Source: Narcine bancroftii (lineage: Eukaryota). From it: DNA of 64,000 nucleotides. Position numbers and translations under genes: made by a program. Positions 1-12,782 of this stretch are shown here, in pieces. Position 1 is the first letter of the stretch. Each line of letters starts with the position of its first letter. The stretch spans positions 109,988,001 to 110,052,000 of the forward strand of contig NC_091470.1 of assembly GCF_036971445.1 (NCBI RefSeq). The letters are read 5' to 3'. Below the pieces are notes generated by a model. It was not told where the DNA came from. It worked only from the letters and a program-made list of their open reading frames with translations, and ran no database searches.

Positions 1-124
1 ATACTTTATTAGCTAAAGTACTCACAACTTGTGGAGGTATCCATTTTGAATCTACTCCTAGCTGCAACCACTCACCTCCGACTCCCTCTAGAGGTCAGGA
101 TTATCACTAGCACTCTTCACTACA
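1..124 (-). mobile_element. Short solo LTR, truncated by window start; same family as 49776-49954
   Basis: Reverse complement begins TGTAGTGAAGAGTGCTAGTGATA and aligns by eye to 49776-49900, including CTCTAGAGGGAGTC and AATAAAGTAT. Confidence 0.75.
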
Positions 125-175
125 CACAAGTTAAGTGAACTCTGAGGAACTTGGTGTAAAAGGTGCAATTGGTAG

Positions 176-1212
176 TGTAATGATTATGATATTTGGGAAT
201 TTGGTAAGATTTAGAGTAGGTTACATACATACACACATTTTAAAACAGATCTTATTTGAAAGACTGAAGAAATATTGAAGATCTCTGGAGAATGTAATGC
301 ACATTCACAAGTAGGTGTTAATTGAACTGATGTCATAAAATGAATGACCATTGAATAAACTGGAGCCAGGATAGCTACAAGTACCTTTCTGCAGGGTGCT
401 TACACGAAGGTCACTACTGGGTTTTGTTTATGTAACAGCAGCTTGAGCAGAAAGAAAAAACTCCTGTTGTTTGCTGAAGAAGGTGGGGGTTTTGCAAGTG
501 AGTCATATGGGGCTTTCTGACAGTCTCAGTTGGAGAGTTGAAGAGAGAGAGAGAGAGAGAGAGAGAGAAGCTCTCTCACTCAGCTAGTGAGTGTGTGACA
601 CTGAAAAGCAGTTGAACAGTGCAAGCCAGGAAAAGCTGGTTGAAACTGATGAAAAGTTCCAAAAGCAGTGGATTGCTGGAAGTGCTATCTGTCTGATGTT
701 TCTCTTGGAATAAGAGGAATGGAACTCTGTGGTAGCTTGAAGAACGAAGTTACCATCTGGAAAACCCTAATGGGGCAAGTTTCATCAGTGAGACATTGAG
801 GTGACTAATGGTGGTAGCTCAGTTGTGAAAATCCTGGAACAACAAATCTCTCTCTGCAAACCCGACAAGAACCATCCTGAGTGGTAAACATTTACCTTTC
901 AAGCACCAAAGCCTAGTGAACTTTATATAAGTTGAATTCTGTGCACAGTATAAGAATTGCCTACATCCAGAGAACTTGGAAGAAGGAGAAATGAGATTGA
1001 ACTGTGAACCAAAGAACTTCTCTTAAATTTACATTCACGAGTGCTTAGAATTAGAAGGGGGTTAATTTGGGTTAGTTAAGTACAGAGTTAAGTTAAAGTT
1101 TGATTCCATTTTCATGTGTAAAGTTGATTAAAAATAACTTTTGTTTTAAAAACCACTTGTCTTGGCGAATGTCTATTGCTAGTGGGTTTTGGGGTCCTTT
1201 GGGCTCGTAACA
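176..1212 (+). mobile_element. Solo LTR (~1 kb, Gypsy/ERV-like)
   Basis: TGTAATGA...TCGTAACA termini, ATTAAA near the 3' end, internal (GA)n, flanks GTAG/ATAG (4-bp TSD with 1 mismatch); homologous to 2365-3382. Confidence 0.8.
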
Positions 1213-2364
1213 ATAGACAAATCAATTTATTCCAAACTAAAATGACTGAATAAGTGATACCATGGGAGGAATGCATTCTCCGTAGAAAAAAGTTCCTGCC
1301 TCGTTCTTTTTCCATTGGTTCTCGAGATGTAGATGTCACGTGTAGTACTGCATTTATTGGCCATGCCAAATTGTTCCTAAACTAAGGAGACAACAGTTGA
1401 TGAGTTTGGAGTCATATATTGGCAGGTTTCCTTTCCTGAAGGAGATTCGTGAATGAGCTTTTTCTTTAAAGCATTCTAGAATCATTTAATTACATGAATT
1501 TTAGTTTGGCAGGTTCTTTGCTGAGATTCAGTTGATCTAATATCTTAACCATTGACTTACTGGACATAAACCAACAAATATTGTATGGTTACTCCATGAA
1601 TAATGGTACAGAGAGCCCATTGGTACTTTCAGCCTGATTTTTAGTCCCAATGAATATATTGTTCTCAGGCACCCAATTCCCATTTTGATTAAAACTAGGG
1701 CATGGATGGAATAGCCATCAATTCTCAAAATTACTGACTATGGAATATAATTGCACAAGAGACAACCCAGAACGAGAAATAATTTGGCATAAATTAGCTC
1801 TGTTTTTATTTTGCCATTATGTTTTTCCCCTCCCCTACATTTCCACGTTTTCCTTACGATGTCGAAGGAGGCCATTTGGTCTGTCGAGTCTATGATGGCT
1901 AACAAAGCAATCTCATTACCTCATTAATTTCCCCTGTAGCTAATTTCCCCACCATTCCGTGAGAGTTACCACACATCCACTCAGTAAGTTGGTCAGCTGT
2001 TGGCAAGTAACCAAGCAACCTGTGGATGTGGGAGAAAAATGAAGCATCCAGAGGAAACCCACAAAGTCACAACTCCACAGGAATGGCACCAGAGGACACA
2101 GCATTGAACCCAGTCATTGTTGCTGTGATACTGCATCACTGTCCACGGCCATCTCTACAAAATCCTAAAAATACCTCAACTAAATTTCCCCTTAACTTTC
2201 TGAATTCTAGTTGTTGCACTATAGTTTATGACACCCTTCCTCCTTTTACAGAGCACAGGTTTTTCACAAATCCGTGTCTGAAACAAGGTCCATGAATCTT
2301 TAGTGTTGAGAAACTTGCAGAGCATTTCAGATTTGATCTCACGTGTGTTTTGCTATAACTGAAG

Positions 2365-2647
2365 TGTGAAAGAGTATATAGATACATTTTTGGGAGATAA
2401 ATCGGGAAAGGTTTGTTATTAGGTTACATATAAACACTTTAAAACAAATACTGGAGCTCTGCTAGTGCTAGACATATCGGCTCCACAGCTTTTGAAAGAG
2501 CTTTGGAGAGCACTCAAGAGACTTCACTATTGGATTGTTGTTTACAAAAAGGCTTGTTGGAGCCGCCTTCTATCTGGAAGAGAGCTTGCTGTTCTAAGAG
2601 GGTCATGTGGTTTTGCAAGCAGAGAGAATCAAACAGGCTTTCTCTCT

Positions 2648-2703
<56 letters not shown>

Positions 2704-3382
2704 AGTTCTACAGTGATACAGCCAGCAACAGCAGCTGGGACTGGAACAGGACAAGCTGGCAAGCTTGTGGAAAACCCCATTTGGAAGACAGGTTGTGAGT
2801 TCTTAGTTCAGCCTGGTCAAAGCCCTTGTGGTTCATGCAAGAGGAGAGGACTGGCTGTCTAATGTTTCACTTGGAATAAGAGAAACAAAAAGGAACTCCG
2901 TGGTGACCTGAAAGAAAGAGGTTATCATCTGGAGAAACCTGAAGGGGGCAGGTTTCATCAGCAAGACACTGGAGTGGCTGATTAAAAAGGAATCAGTATG
3001 GATGTCCTGGAACAACAAATCTCTCTCTGCCAACCTACAAAAACCTTCCTGAGCGGTAACCATTTACCTTTCAAGCACCAAAGCCTGGTGAACTTCATAA
3101 AAGTTAAATTTTGTGCACAGTAGAAGAATTGCCTGAAACCAGTGAACTTGGAGGAATGAGAAGAGAGATTGGATTGTGAACCAAAGACCTTTTCTGAACT
3201 TACACACACATTACATTTGCGTGCGCTTAGGATTAGAAGGGGGTTAAGTTAGGTTAGTTAAGTTAAAGTGTGATTCTGTTTTCATGTTTAAAGATAATTA
3301 AAAGCAACTTTTGTTTAAGTAACCATTTGTCTTGGTGAATATCTATTGCTGCTGGGTTTTGGGGCCCACTGGGCTCGTAACA
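2365..3382 (+). mobile_element. Solo LTR (~1 kb), same family as 176-1212
   Basis: TG...CA termini with perfect 4-bp TSD GAAG (2361-2364 and 3383-3386); ATTAAA at ~3297; (GA)n at 2649-2701. Confidence 0.88.
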
Positions 3383-5524
3383 GAAGAAAATCTTGTTCCT
3401 CTACTTTTTGGCCCTTCAGTTAAATTTTTACTTTTTTTGTGCACACGGTTGAAGCCAATTCTGTCCATTTAAACCAAATTAACCTGCAACTCTGTGCATT
3501 ATGGAAGATGGGAAGAAACATGAGCAGCCGGGGAAAACCCACACAGACACAGGGAGAACACACAGACAGCGCCAGACACTGGCTGTTTTAGCCATGCTGC
3601 CCGAACATTCCTTCGACCCTTTTCGTTCATGCTATGTAATTGGGAAGGAAAGAATAATCATCCAAGTTTGTTTCATGCATTAAAAGCTAATTTCATGTTT
3701 TTTGGCTTGAAAGCATATTTTCATAGACCTCTGATTCTGAGGGATTTGAGGATCTTTATGCATTTTGCAAAGGATCAAAGTGGGAAATAATTTTGCAGTT
3801 GGTTGAATTTCTCCAACAGAGAAACATGAATTCACTATACACCCTGTGTCAATCGAGGACCTTTCACATTTCGACAGTTTTGACATTTGCGATATTCTGT
3901 ATATTTTTCTTTGAAAATGGCAAACCAGTGAAATTCAATTTTATCTAATAATTTAATCTTCAGTGCCAGAACTCCAGACATCATGTTTTGAATTGCAAGC
4001 TCAAAAATCTGTAGACCTTTTCACGGGAAGGTGCTTCAAGGATTATAGATCTAGGACCTGACTGCACAGCTCCTGGGAAGCTAAAGGGCGCAAAGGTAAT
4101 AAGTGCGGGCATTGTTTGTGTGTCTGATGTGGTTCTGTCAATAAACAAGCAATGCTGTAATCAGGATTCTGGCCAAACCCATGCTCAGAATGGATTAGGA
4201 GGATTGGCAGCATAAAGACGATAGAAAAGACAGACTTCTCCCATGAATGGATTATGACTTCACAGTTTAATAACTTTGGGCTTTCCTAATTCGAGTCATT
4301 TCTTATGAGTGGGAGTCCCTCTTGCTGCTTTTTCTACCCATGCACAAGTAGCCGGCTGCTTATTTGTGATGGTTTGCCAGTATATTGGCATTGCTGGCTA
4401 ACAGTCGTATTAAGTATAAGGAGCCACTTACAGAGCCAAATTGTATACTTGCCTTTATTGCAAGAGATTTGTATTGTAAGGGTAATGAAGTCTTGCTGCA
4501 AATACATAGGGGTTTAGCTAGATTGTACCTTGAACACAGAGCAGTTTTGATCTCCTTACTCCTTAGATGTGAGGATTCATTGGATTGAATCTTGGAATAG
4601 GAGGGTTGTTATAGGAGGCGTGATTAAGCAGTCTGTGCATTTATTCCTTGGAATTTAGAAGAGTGGGAATCATTTTTTCATGCTGGTACACTTTCCCGAG
4701 GTCAGGCCGTGTATTGAAGAGGGCATTGTATGTTAACATAGTGTCGAAAGTAACTTCCTCACATCAATGTGCTTTGAAGATGATGGCGCTTATTGCTAAG
4801 TAGCAATAGAAATTGATCTTTTGCCACAAGCACTAAATGGTCAGTAGAGTCAAGTATTGCAAGTCAACCCACAAAGCTCTCGGCTACCGCAGGCACACAT
4901 TTTGATGCCTCGGATTTCTTGTTTGATTTGCCACCGTGGGAATAAAGGCAGTGGAAATCAAAGAAAAGCATTGAAGACATTCCATGGACGGCTCAATATG
5001 CAAGGAGTGAAACAGCGTGATTGAAACAGCCAAAATGGTGACAGCGCTTCACTTTTCCTAATCTCCTGAGGCATTGCTGCCTCAGTCACAAGCCACATTT
5101 GAAGGATCAAGGTTGCAAGATGTCCTTAGTCTGATCTGAGATTAACTGGAATGAAAAGCAAAAGTCAAAAAGCCCTTTTCTCTTCCCTCAATTGTGAATG
5201 CTGATTGCCTGGAATGGCATGAAAAAGGGTTTGGCAGTTTTTCAAAGCGATGAAACCAGGAAAGATACTTTATTTTCCTGGAATTGACAAGCAGTAAAAC
5301 TTGGATCTTAAATTGCTGATACATGAGATTTGTGAATGCTGGTAATTTCTGCACTAAAATCTGCAGAAAGAGAGCTTCCACATTTTCAAAGCAAGCTTAA
5401 AAGCAAACACTGAAAATGAAAATGAACAGCGTTGAATGTGACTTAAAATCATTTTTAAAAATACACTCAATTTCATACCCATGAGGGTAAAATCTGTAAT
5501 AACTGTATTTTTAAATGTAAACAA

Positions 5525-5746
5525 AAATTAGACATACAGGCCACTTCGGCCCACGAGCCCATGCTGCCCAATACCTATACCCCTGGCACGTTTTGAATGG
5601 TGGAAGGAAATTAGACCCTCCAGGGAAAATCCATTGCAGACATGGGGAGAACGTACAAACTCCTTACAGACAGCGCGGGATTTGAACCCCAGTCCCGGTC
5701 GTTGATGCAGTAAAGGCGTTGCGCTAACCGCTACACCAACTGTGCC
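5525..5746 (-). mobile_element. tRNA-derived V-SINE (HE1-like)
   Basis: Minus strand shows A-box TGGTGTAGCGG, B-box GGTTCAAATCC, the central GTAAGGAGTTTGTACGTTCTCCCC domain and a CR1-like tail. Confidence 0.85.
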
Positions 5747-5909
5747 TTTTTTGTTGACTCAACAATCAGAAACAGCCACTAATACCTATCTTGTTTCGTA
5801 TTGCAGTGCATGGTAGCGATGTTAGCAATATGACGGTACGGTTATAACCATATAACCGTTTACGGAGCGGAAACAGGCCATGTCGGCCTTTCGAGTCTGA
5901 GCATAGAGC

Positions 5910-6090
5910 TTAACATGATTCTGTTACAGCGCCAGTGACCCAGGTTTGAATCCTGCACTATCTCCCCATGCCTTCGTGAGTTTCCTCCCGGTGCTCTGGT
6001 TTCTTCCCACCATTCAAAACATTTGGGGGTTGTCGGTTAATTGGGGAGTGGCATGGGCCTGTGGGGCAGAAGGGCATAATACGTCTAGAT
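5910..6090 (+). mobile_element. V-SINE (HE1-like), decayed
   Basis: GTTACAGCGCCAG...GGTTTGAATCC...GGTGCTCTGGTTTCTTCCCAC motifs. Confidence 0.7.
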
Positions 6091-6889
6091 TTTAAAAATG
6101 TAATTACACGATTCATAATCCAAATACTTGATCTAGTGATCCAAAAGCATGAGTTAAATTCCCATTGTGGTTGTGAACTTAGTTAATTAAAAATGTTTGA
6201 AATAAAAGCTATTATTAGTTTCTGAAACTTGTGGACTATTCGAAAATTAGCAGATAAGGTAGCATTGGATTTGCCAAATATACTGTATATGCAGTCCAGT
6301 CAAGCTTACAAAAACCCACATCACTAATTATGGAGGGCATGTCTGAATCGGGAGAGTTACCCTACAGTCTAGTCAACCTGACACAATTTCATGCCATCTG
6401 ATCAAATCTAAGCCACAAAAACTTCTGCTGGTGATTACTAACTGTCTCCCTACCCAGACGATGTGGGTTTGCACTGAATGAGTGACACTGTTGGATTTTT
6501 AAGACATGCCAATGAATCATTTGAGTTTTATGACACATCAATGAACTAGATGGATTTTTACATCATGCTGTTAATCCACTTGGCTGTTACGGTGCTTTGA
6601 TTAGTGGAATGGTTTTACAAGACCTTAAGGAACCAGTTGAGTTTTCAGTAGTACATGAAAAAGACTGCTCTGAGATTTTACAGCACATTATTGAGTTTAT
6701 GTAATAATCGAATGCATCGCATGTTATTTTTGCCTGTTGCTTATTCATTTCGATCTGATCTATTTCATAGCTTGCCCTCGTGGATAACCTAATGTGACAA
6801 AAGTATTTAATTAGATTTAATGGCAAATAAATAATCTGAAAGTAAATAAATGTTGATAAATATTCTGGAAAAGTATGTTATTCATACCT

Positions 6890-7160
6890 GATATCTCAAG
6901 AAAGCAGCCTCTACCCTCAAGGATCCTCACCACCCAGGCCATGCCCTCTTCACACTGCTATCATCAGGAAGAAGGTACAGGAGCTTGAAGATGAACAGCC
7001 AATGGTACAAAAACATTCAAATCGGCAGTCTGATTTCTCGGCTTTTGCACTGATTCATTCATTTTAAAAAATATAAATTATTGCAATATTTACACTGTGA
7101 CGCTGATGCAAAACAACAAATTCCATGACAGGTTCACAACAATAAATTTTGATTCTGATT
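6890..7160 (+). mobile_element. Rex1/Babar LINE 3' fragment
   Basis: AAGGATCCTCACCACCCAGGCCATGCCCTCTTC (KDPHHPGHALF), then AATAAA and a TTCTGA-type tail. Confidence 0.7.
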
Positions 7161-7569
7161 TGGCATTCAAATTAGGCTAGAGGGGATGAAATGCTCTTTA
7201 AAATATCATAGTTATTTGCTGCTCCCACCTCATGCTAAAGAGGCGGAACCACTTGTCAGCTACATTGTGGTTAGTGAATTTTTTTCAGAGCTCAGTTGCC
7301 TGAAGAACAATCGAAGGGCCTGAGCCCTCCTTCAAGGAAAAATTAGATTAACTTCACAGACTAATTTATCATTGAAATTATTATATCAAATTGAGGATCC
7401 ACAAGGCTGATGGATTCCATTGAGAAAGGGATGAACTTATCAGGGGTCCCAACAATATTTTGTGAGGGTTTTGCTATTTATACTGCTTTTCATCTGAATT
7501 GATACTGCGGTCTGAAACCTTCTGATAATGCTATCAAACTGCCACCAAAGGTTCTTTCTTCCACTTCTT

Positions 7570-8120
7570 TTAAAAATATTTCTATTGATGTTTTACAATA
7601 TAAACGATTGAACAATGCGCTCCAAGATTCAATAAAGAAAAAATAATTAAAACCTTATTGAATATTCTCATAATAAGGAAATTCAGAGCACAACCATGAT
7701 CTAACAACAAAATAAAAACTTCAAAGCCCCTTCCTCTAAGCAAGGTTGAAAGATGACACCATAGCGCCAAGATTCCAGAACAACTTTAAATCTTAAGACT
7801 ATTATAATAGCCTTTTAAATGGGGCCCATGTTTTTTGGGACTTAACAATTGAATCCTTGATAGCAAATCAAATTTTTTCTAGAGTTGAGCAAGGCATAAT
7901 GCCCCTTAGACATTGTGCTCGCGCCCCTGCAGCCCACCCATTGGAACTCCCGATGCTTTAGCCGGCAACTCTTGCCTCGGCCCTGATCGCCGTCTAATTG
8001 GAACACCTGACGCCTTGTCTTTCTGTCTAATTGAAGATTCACGTCTGACCAACAATGATGTAAAAGGTAAAATTGGGCTTTGAATTGAAGTCAATAGTAC
8101 ATCAATATCTTGAGGTGATC
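7570..8120 (-). mobile_element. L1-clade LINE 3' fragment, decayed
   Basis: Minus strand resembles an L1 ORF2 C-terminus (…KTWAPF) followed by a T-rich 3'UTR; similar layout to 52170-52620. Confidence 0.5.
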
Positions 8121-8319
8121 CAAAAAGAGCAATGAAAGGGCAAGGTTCAAAGGAGAGCAGGTCCTACTGCTTCTGCACAGTGGTCTGGGTATGATCACAA
8201 CTTCACTGGTGTCTGCATGTTCTCTCTGTACTCACATGGGGTTCTCCTGGGTGCTCTGCTTTCGTCACCTATCCCAATGATTGGTAAGTTAAATTGCCCA
8301 CTGTAAATTTCCTCAATCG

Positions 8320-9200
8320 GTGGGAATTGGTAAGAACATCTCCTCCACAATCTCCATCATGACAGGGCAGCTTACTTCGCTCCCCCTGCTCTACTTGCTT
8401 TACACCTATGACTGTGTGGCTCAGTCTGACAACAACTATACATTCGCTGATGATACCACGGAAGTGGGTTGTATAAAAATATGCGATGCGTCTGCATTCA
8501 GGGGGAAGGTTGCACCATTGCAACCTCGCACTCAATGTCACCAAAAGCAAGCAGCTGATTGTAAACTTCAGGAAGGGAAAGTGAGAGGTGTACAATCCAG
8601 TGATCATTGGGGATCAGAGGTGGAGAGGGAGAGCACATTTAAATTAATGGGAGTCACTATCTCGGAGGATATTTCCTGGACCCAACACACTCATGTCACA
8701 GTGGAAAAAGCGCATCAGCACCTCTACTTCCTCTGCAACTTGCGGCGGTTTGGTATGACATCGGAAACCCTGTCAACTTTCTACAGATCTGTGGTGGAAA
8801 GTGTGCTGACCAGCTGCATCATGGTCTGGTATGGGGCACCAATATTTCTGAGTGGAAAGCCCTGCAACAGGTAGTGGACGCAGCCCAGTACATCACATGC
8901 AAAACCCTCCCCACCATCAAGAAAATCTACAGGGACACCTCTGTTCTCCAGCAGCGATCATCAAGGTTCCACCCCACCCAGCACACTCTCTGTTCTCGCT
9001 GCTGCCATCAGAAAAGAGGTGCAGGTGCCACAAGACTCACACCATCAGGTTCAGAAACAGCTGCTCCCCCTCCACCATCAGACTCCTCAACAACAAACTC
9101 AATCAGGGACTCTTACTTTACTCATTATTTATTACTGAATATTTATTACTTACACATTGTTTACATTTCTCTCATTTCTTGAGTACAGTTTACAGTTACC
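8320..9200 (+). mobile_element. Rex1/Babar LINE reverse transcriptase and C-terminal fragment (frameshifted)
   Basis: ORFs 8320-8874 and 8852-9205 contain PLLYLLYTYDCVA, FADDTTEVG (RT catalytic motif), HLYFLCNLRRFG, FYRSVVESVLTSCIMVWYG, HPAHSLFSLLPS and RFRNS. Confidence 0.9.
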
Positions 9201-9211
9201 TATAATATATT

Positions 9212-9596
9212 GTGTTATATGATGAGCTCTCCACTGGCCACCGAGACAGAGGTGCACCAAAGAAGAGGTACAAGGACTGCCTAAAGAAATCTCTTGGTGC
9301 CTGCCACATTGACCACTGCCAGTGGGCTGATATCACCTCAAACCGTGCATCTTGGCGCCTCACAGTTCGGCGGGCAGCAACCTCCTTTGAAGAAGACTGC
9401 AGAGCCAACCTCACTGACAAAAGACAAAGGAGGAAAAACCCAACAACCAACCCCAACCAACCAATTTTCCCTTGCAACCGCTGCAACCGTGTCTGCCTGT
9501 CCCGCATCGGACTTGTCAGCCACAAACGAGCCTGCAGCTGATGTGGACATTAGCCCTCCATAAATCTTCATCCGCGAAGCCAAGCCAAAGAAGAAG
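9212..9596 (+). mobile_element. RTE-clade LINE 3' end (5'-truncated) inserted in a Rex1 3'UTR
   Basis: ORF YDELSTGHRDRGAPKKRYKDCLK...CNRCNRVCLSRIGLVSHKRAC (zinc-finger-like C-terminus), short 3'UTR, (AAG)n tail. Confidence 0.9.
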
Positions 9597-9667
9597 TGGT
9601 AATTCTGCCTGGCCCAGCTGCAACAAATCTCGGTTGTATGTGATATCATGTAATGTACTCTGATGAG

Positions 9668-10204
9668 ACCCATTATTGCAGACTGCCTACAATTCAGTTT
9701 AGACTGCAGGCAGTCTACAAAAAGGTCTAGGGATTCTGCGGGAAAAATTTCAGAATGGGAATGAGTCACTCATTTCCATTCCAAAACTTTTGACACAGCC
9801 TGTGCTGCGGAATTTTGTGAAAATTTCCAATTATTCAGCGTCTGTGTTTGTCGTTGAACTTTATCCCAAACGTAAGCTGCAGAAATCATCAAGGACCCGC
9901 ACCACCCAGCACACACTCTGTTTTCGCTACTACCTTCAGGAAAGAGGTGTCGGTGCAACAAGACTCGCACCACCAGGTTCAGGAACAGCTGCTACCCCTC
10001 CACCATCAGACTCCTCAACGACAAACACAGTCGCTGAATAATTGGACATTTTCACAAAATTCCGCAACACAGACTGTGTCAAAAGTTTTGGAATGGAAAT
10101 GAGTGACTCATTCTCATTCCGAAATTTTTCCTGCAGAATCCCTAGATCTTTTTGTGGACTGCCTGCAGTCTAAACTGAATTGTGGGCAGTCTGCAAGAAT
10201 GGGT
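9668..10204. repeat. Foldback: 190-bp inverted repeats (9668-9857 / 10015-10204) around a 157-bp spacer
   Basis: Arms are near-identical reverse complements; the spacer is mostly a Rex1 ORF 3' end; the right end reads GGG|TTAA. Confidence 0.9.
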
Positions 10205-10389
10205 TAATGAATAGTGCACGTATTTGCAAATCCCGCCTCTGTACTTACCGCACTTTGGGTATTCAGTGTAAAATCGCATAAGGGAACCGAGATTTCGAGT
10301 TTTGGTCATTCGTGGGTGAACAGCCTCTCTGGAAGGTAGGAAAAAAACTTTGAATGAAGAAAACATAAATTCTGTGTAAAAAACACAAG

Positions 10390-10625
10390 AGACTCATTTA
10401 AGGACTTTTACTTTTGTATTTCATTGATTTTCTTTGCTCTCTCTGTATTGCACAGTCAGTTTGTTTATATTTGTTATCTGTTCACAGTTCTTTATTTGTT
10501 TACATGTATACGCAGTGTACAGTTTTTTTTTGGCACTACCAATAACTGGTAATTCTGCCATGCCTGCAGGAAAAAGAAATGTCAGGGTTGCATGTACTCT
10601 GACAATAAATCTGAATCTGAGTCTG
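10390..10625 (+). mobile_element. Rex1/Babar 3'UTR and tail
   Basis: Ends GACAATAAATCTGAATCTGA; homologous to 61130-61365. Confidence 0.75.
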
Positions 10626-11449
10626 ACGTGGGAGGTAAGAGAACCTGTCGAGATCCGGTGGTGTGTAAAGAGGGAGAATGGTACAGTGAAAAATAGTGGG
10701 GCAATGGGACTATTTGGCTTCTTCAGTTTCAGAGAATAAGAAAAACAGAACTAAAGCATTGCGCACAATTCTGAACGTTAAGACAGTGAAGGCTTTGAAA
10801 TGGATGCAGAGAAGATTTACTGAAAATAGTTTCAGAGAAGAGGGATTACAGTTGTGCAGCCAAGTGGAGACGATGGGTTGTTTTGTTTAGGTTAGGGAAG
10901 ACTCAAGAGTTGACAATCAACGTCACCTATTTAGGATTGGTGGCAAAATAACTGTAGGCGTTTAAGTATTCAGGGTTTGGAATGTTAATGTGCTGTCTGA
11001 TGGGATGGCCATTCCAGATTCATTTGCTGCCTTCAGAAGGAAATTTAATAGCTATTAGAAGGAGGAGAATATTGCAGAGAGGGAACAGTGGAGTGCGAGT
11101 AACTGGATTGTTCTTGTAAAAAAACAATAGATTGAACATCGCCCTTCACTGCTATTCTTTGATTCAATCATTTTATAAACCTCTGACCTGCATTTCTTGA
11201 TAAAAATTTGTATTTTGCTTGACTAAAAGCAAGATTTTGGATAAAATCAAATATACATTTAGTAATTAAGTTGATTCATTGATTTTTATGCCACATATTT
11301 TAATGTGATTCTGGGCTTTTTATGGATGAAGCGCAAAAATGCCCCCTTTTTTTGGTTACTTCAGCCTCATTTGTCATGAAAACCCTGGGCCTGAACTTAA
11401 TTTCCTTTTGTCTGAGTGGGTGCTTCATTTGCTGAAGGTCAGTAGGTGG

Positions 11450-11690
11450 AACAGATTAGCACCACGCTGTTACAGCGGCAGCAATGCAGGTTCGAATCCC
11501 GCGCTGTCTGTAAAGAGTTTGTACGTTCTCCCCCTGTCTGTGTGGGTTCACTCCAGGTACTCCGGTTTCCTCCTACCCATCAAAAATGATCGGGGGGAGG
11601 GAGGGTGTTGTAGGTCAGTTGGATGTAAATCGGGTGGCACGGGCTTGTGGTCCAAAAGGGCCTGCTACCGTGCTGTATGTCTAAATTTAA
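11450..11690 (+). mobile_element. V-SINE (HE1-like)
   Basis: B-box GGTTCGAATCC, V-domain and CR1-like tail. Confidence 0.85.
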
Positions 11691-12623
11691 ATTGTATGGA
11701 CTCAGCATATTACATAGCTTCCTCCCAGTCTCCAGTAACAGCTGTTCAATGGCTTTACAAAATTATTTGCAATAAACGAGACATTCAAAAATATTTCATC
11801 ATGTAAAATTTATATTGATGTTTTAAAGGGAAGATGGTACTGTAGAATGCATACTGGTTGCTTCATCTCTGAATTTAATTATAGATAGGAACTTTGAAAC
11901 AGTGATGGAAGGAGATAGGTTAGCTTCCTTTAAGACCATAAGTTGTTGGAGCAGAAGTAGGTCACTCAGCCCATCAAGTCCTCTCTGCATGAGCTAATCC
12001 ATTCTCCCTCTCTGCCTCATTCCCCTGCTTTCTCCACATAACCTTTGATACCTATCAATCTCTGTCTTAAATACATGCAATGACCTGATTTTGATTCTGA
12101 ATTTCCCTTTACCTACCCTTCTATAGCTAGTGTCCACTTATATCATCTCAACTGGCAGCAGGGGTGCATCTAGGGTATGACAGATATGGCACGCGTGCTG
12201 GGAGCCACTTGAAGGGGGCACCACTGAGCAGTTTCTTCTCCTCCACCGTCCCATGCCCCCGGTGGTTTCCGCACCTCCCCCGATGACTAGAAGGAGGCAC
12301 GATTAGCACAGATGGAGACCCGATTGCCTTAGACTGTCTGATTCTCCCCCACCATGCATCTCCCCATCCAGTACCCCCCCCAACATACAAAGGACACACA
12401 CCTCTTTCTTCTCCGCTTTGTCCTCCTGTTCACTCTCAATTTATTTAAAGGCCAAAGCCAAATACAACATGGCAGTCAACAAGACCCGCTCTCACAAGAC
12501 CTCCTTGTCACCGTTTATTTTGATGCATGGAATGTCAAAGGTTGACCACTCCTGCCATAGGCTCTATTTTCCTCAGATGTGCTCCAGAATGACAGCCCAG
12601 AGTTTCAGTTGATGGGCATGTGT

Positions 12624-12628
<5 letters not shown>

Positions 12629-12681
<53 letters not shown>
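12629..12681. repeat. (GA)n microsatellite
   Basis: Direct observation. Confidence 0.95.
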
Positions 12682-12686
<5 letters not shown>

Positions 12687-12782
12687 GGGAGAGAGAGAAG
12701 AAGGGAGGGAGAGGGAGAAAAAGAATTAAGCTATTGGGGTACACAAAAGTAAGAGGATGGGATGGGATCTAATGTGTCAAAC

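Noticed and set aside
2503-2862. ORF with an ER-repeat charged tract
   Set aside because: Translation of the (GA)n microsatellite within an LTR.
176-3382. Single provirus (LTR-internal-LTR)
   Set aside because: Each LTR has its own TSD, the copies are too diverged, and the spacer has no PBS, gag or pol.
11450-11520. tRNA genes
   Set aside because: A/B boxes belong to SINE heads; no cloverleaf, and they continue into the V-domain.
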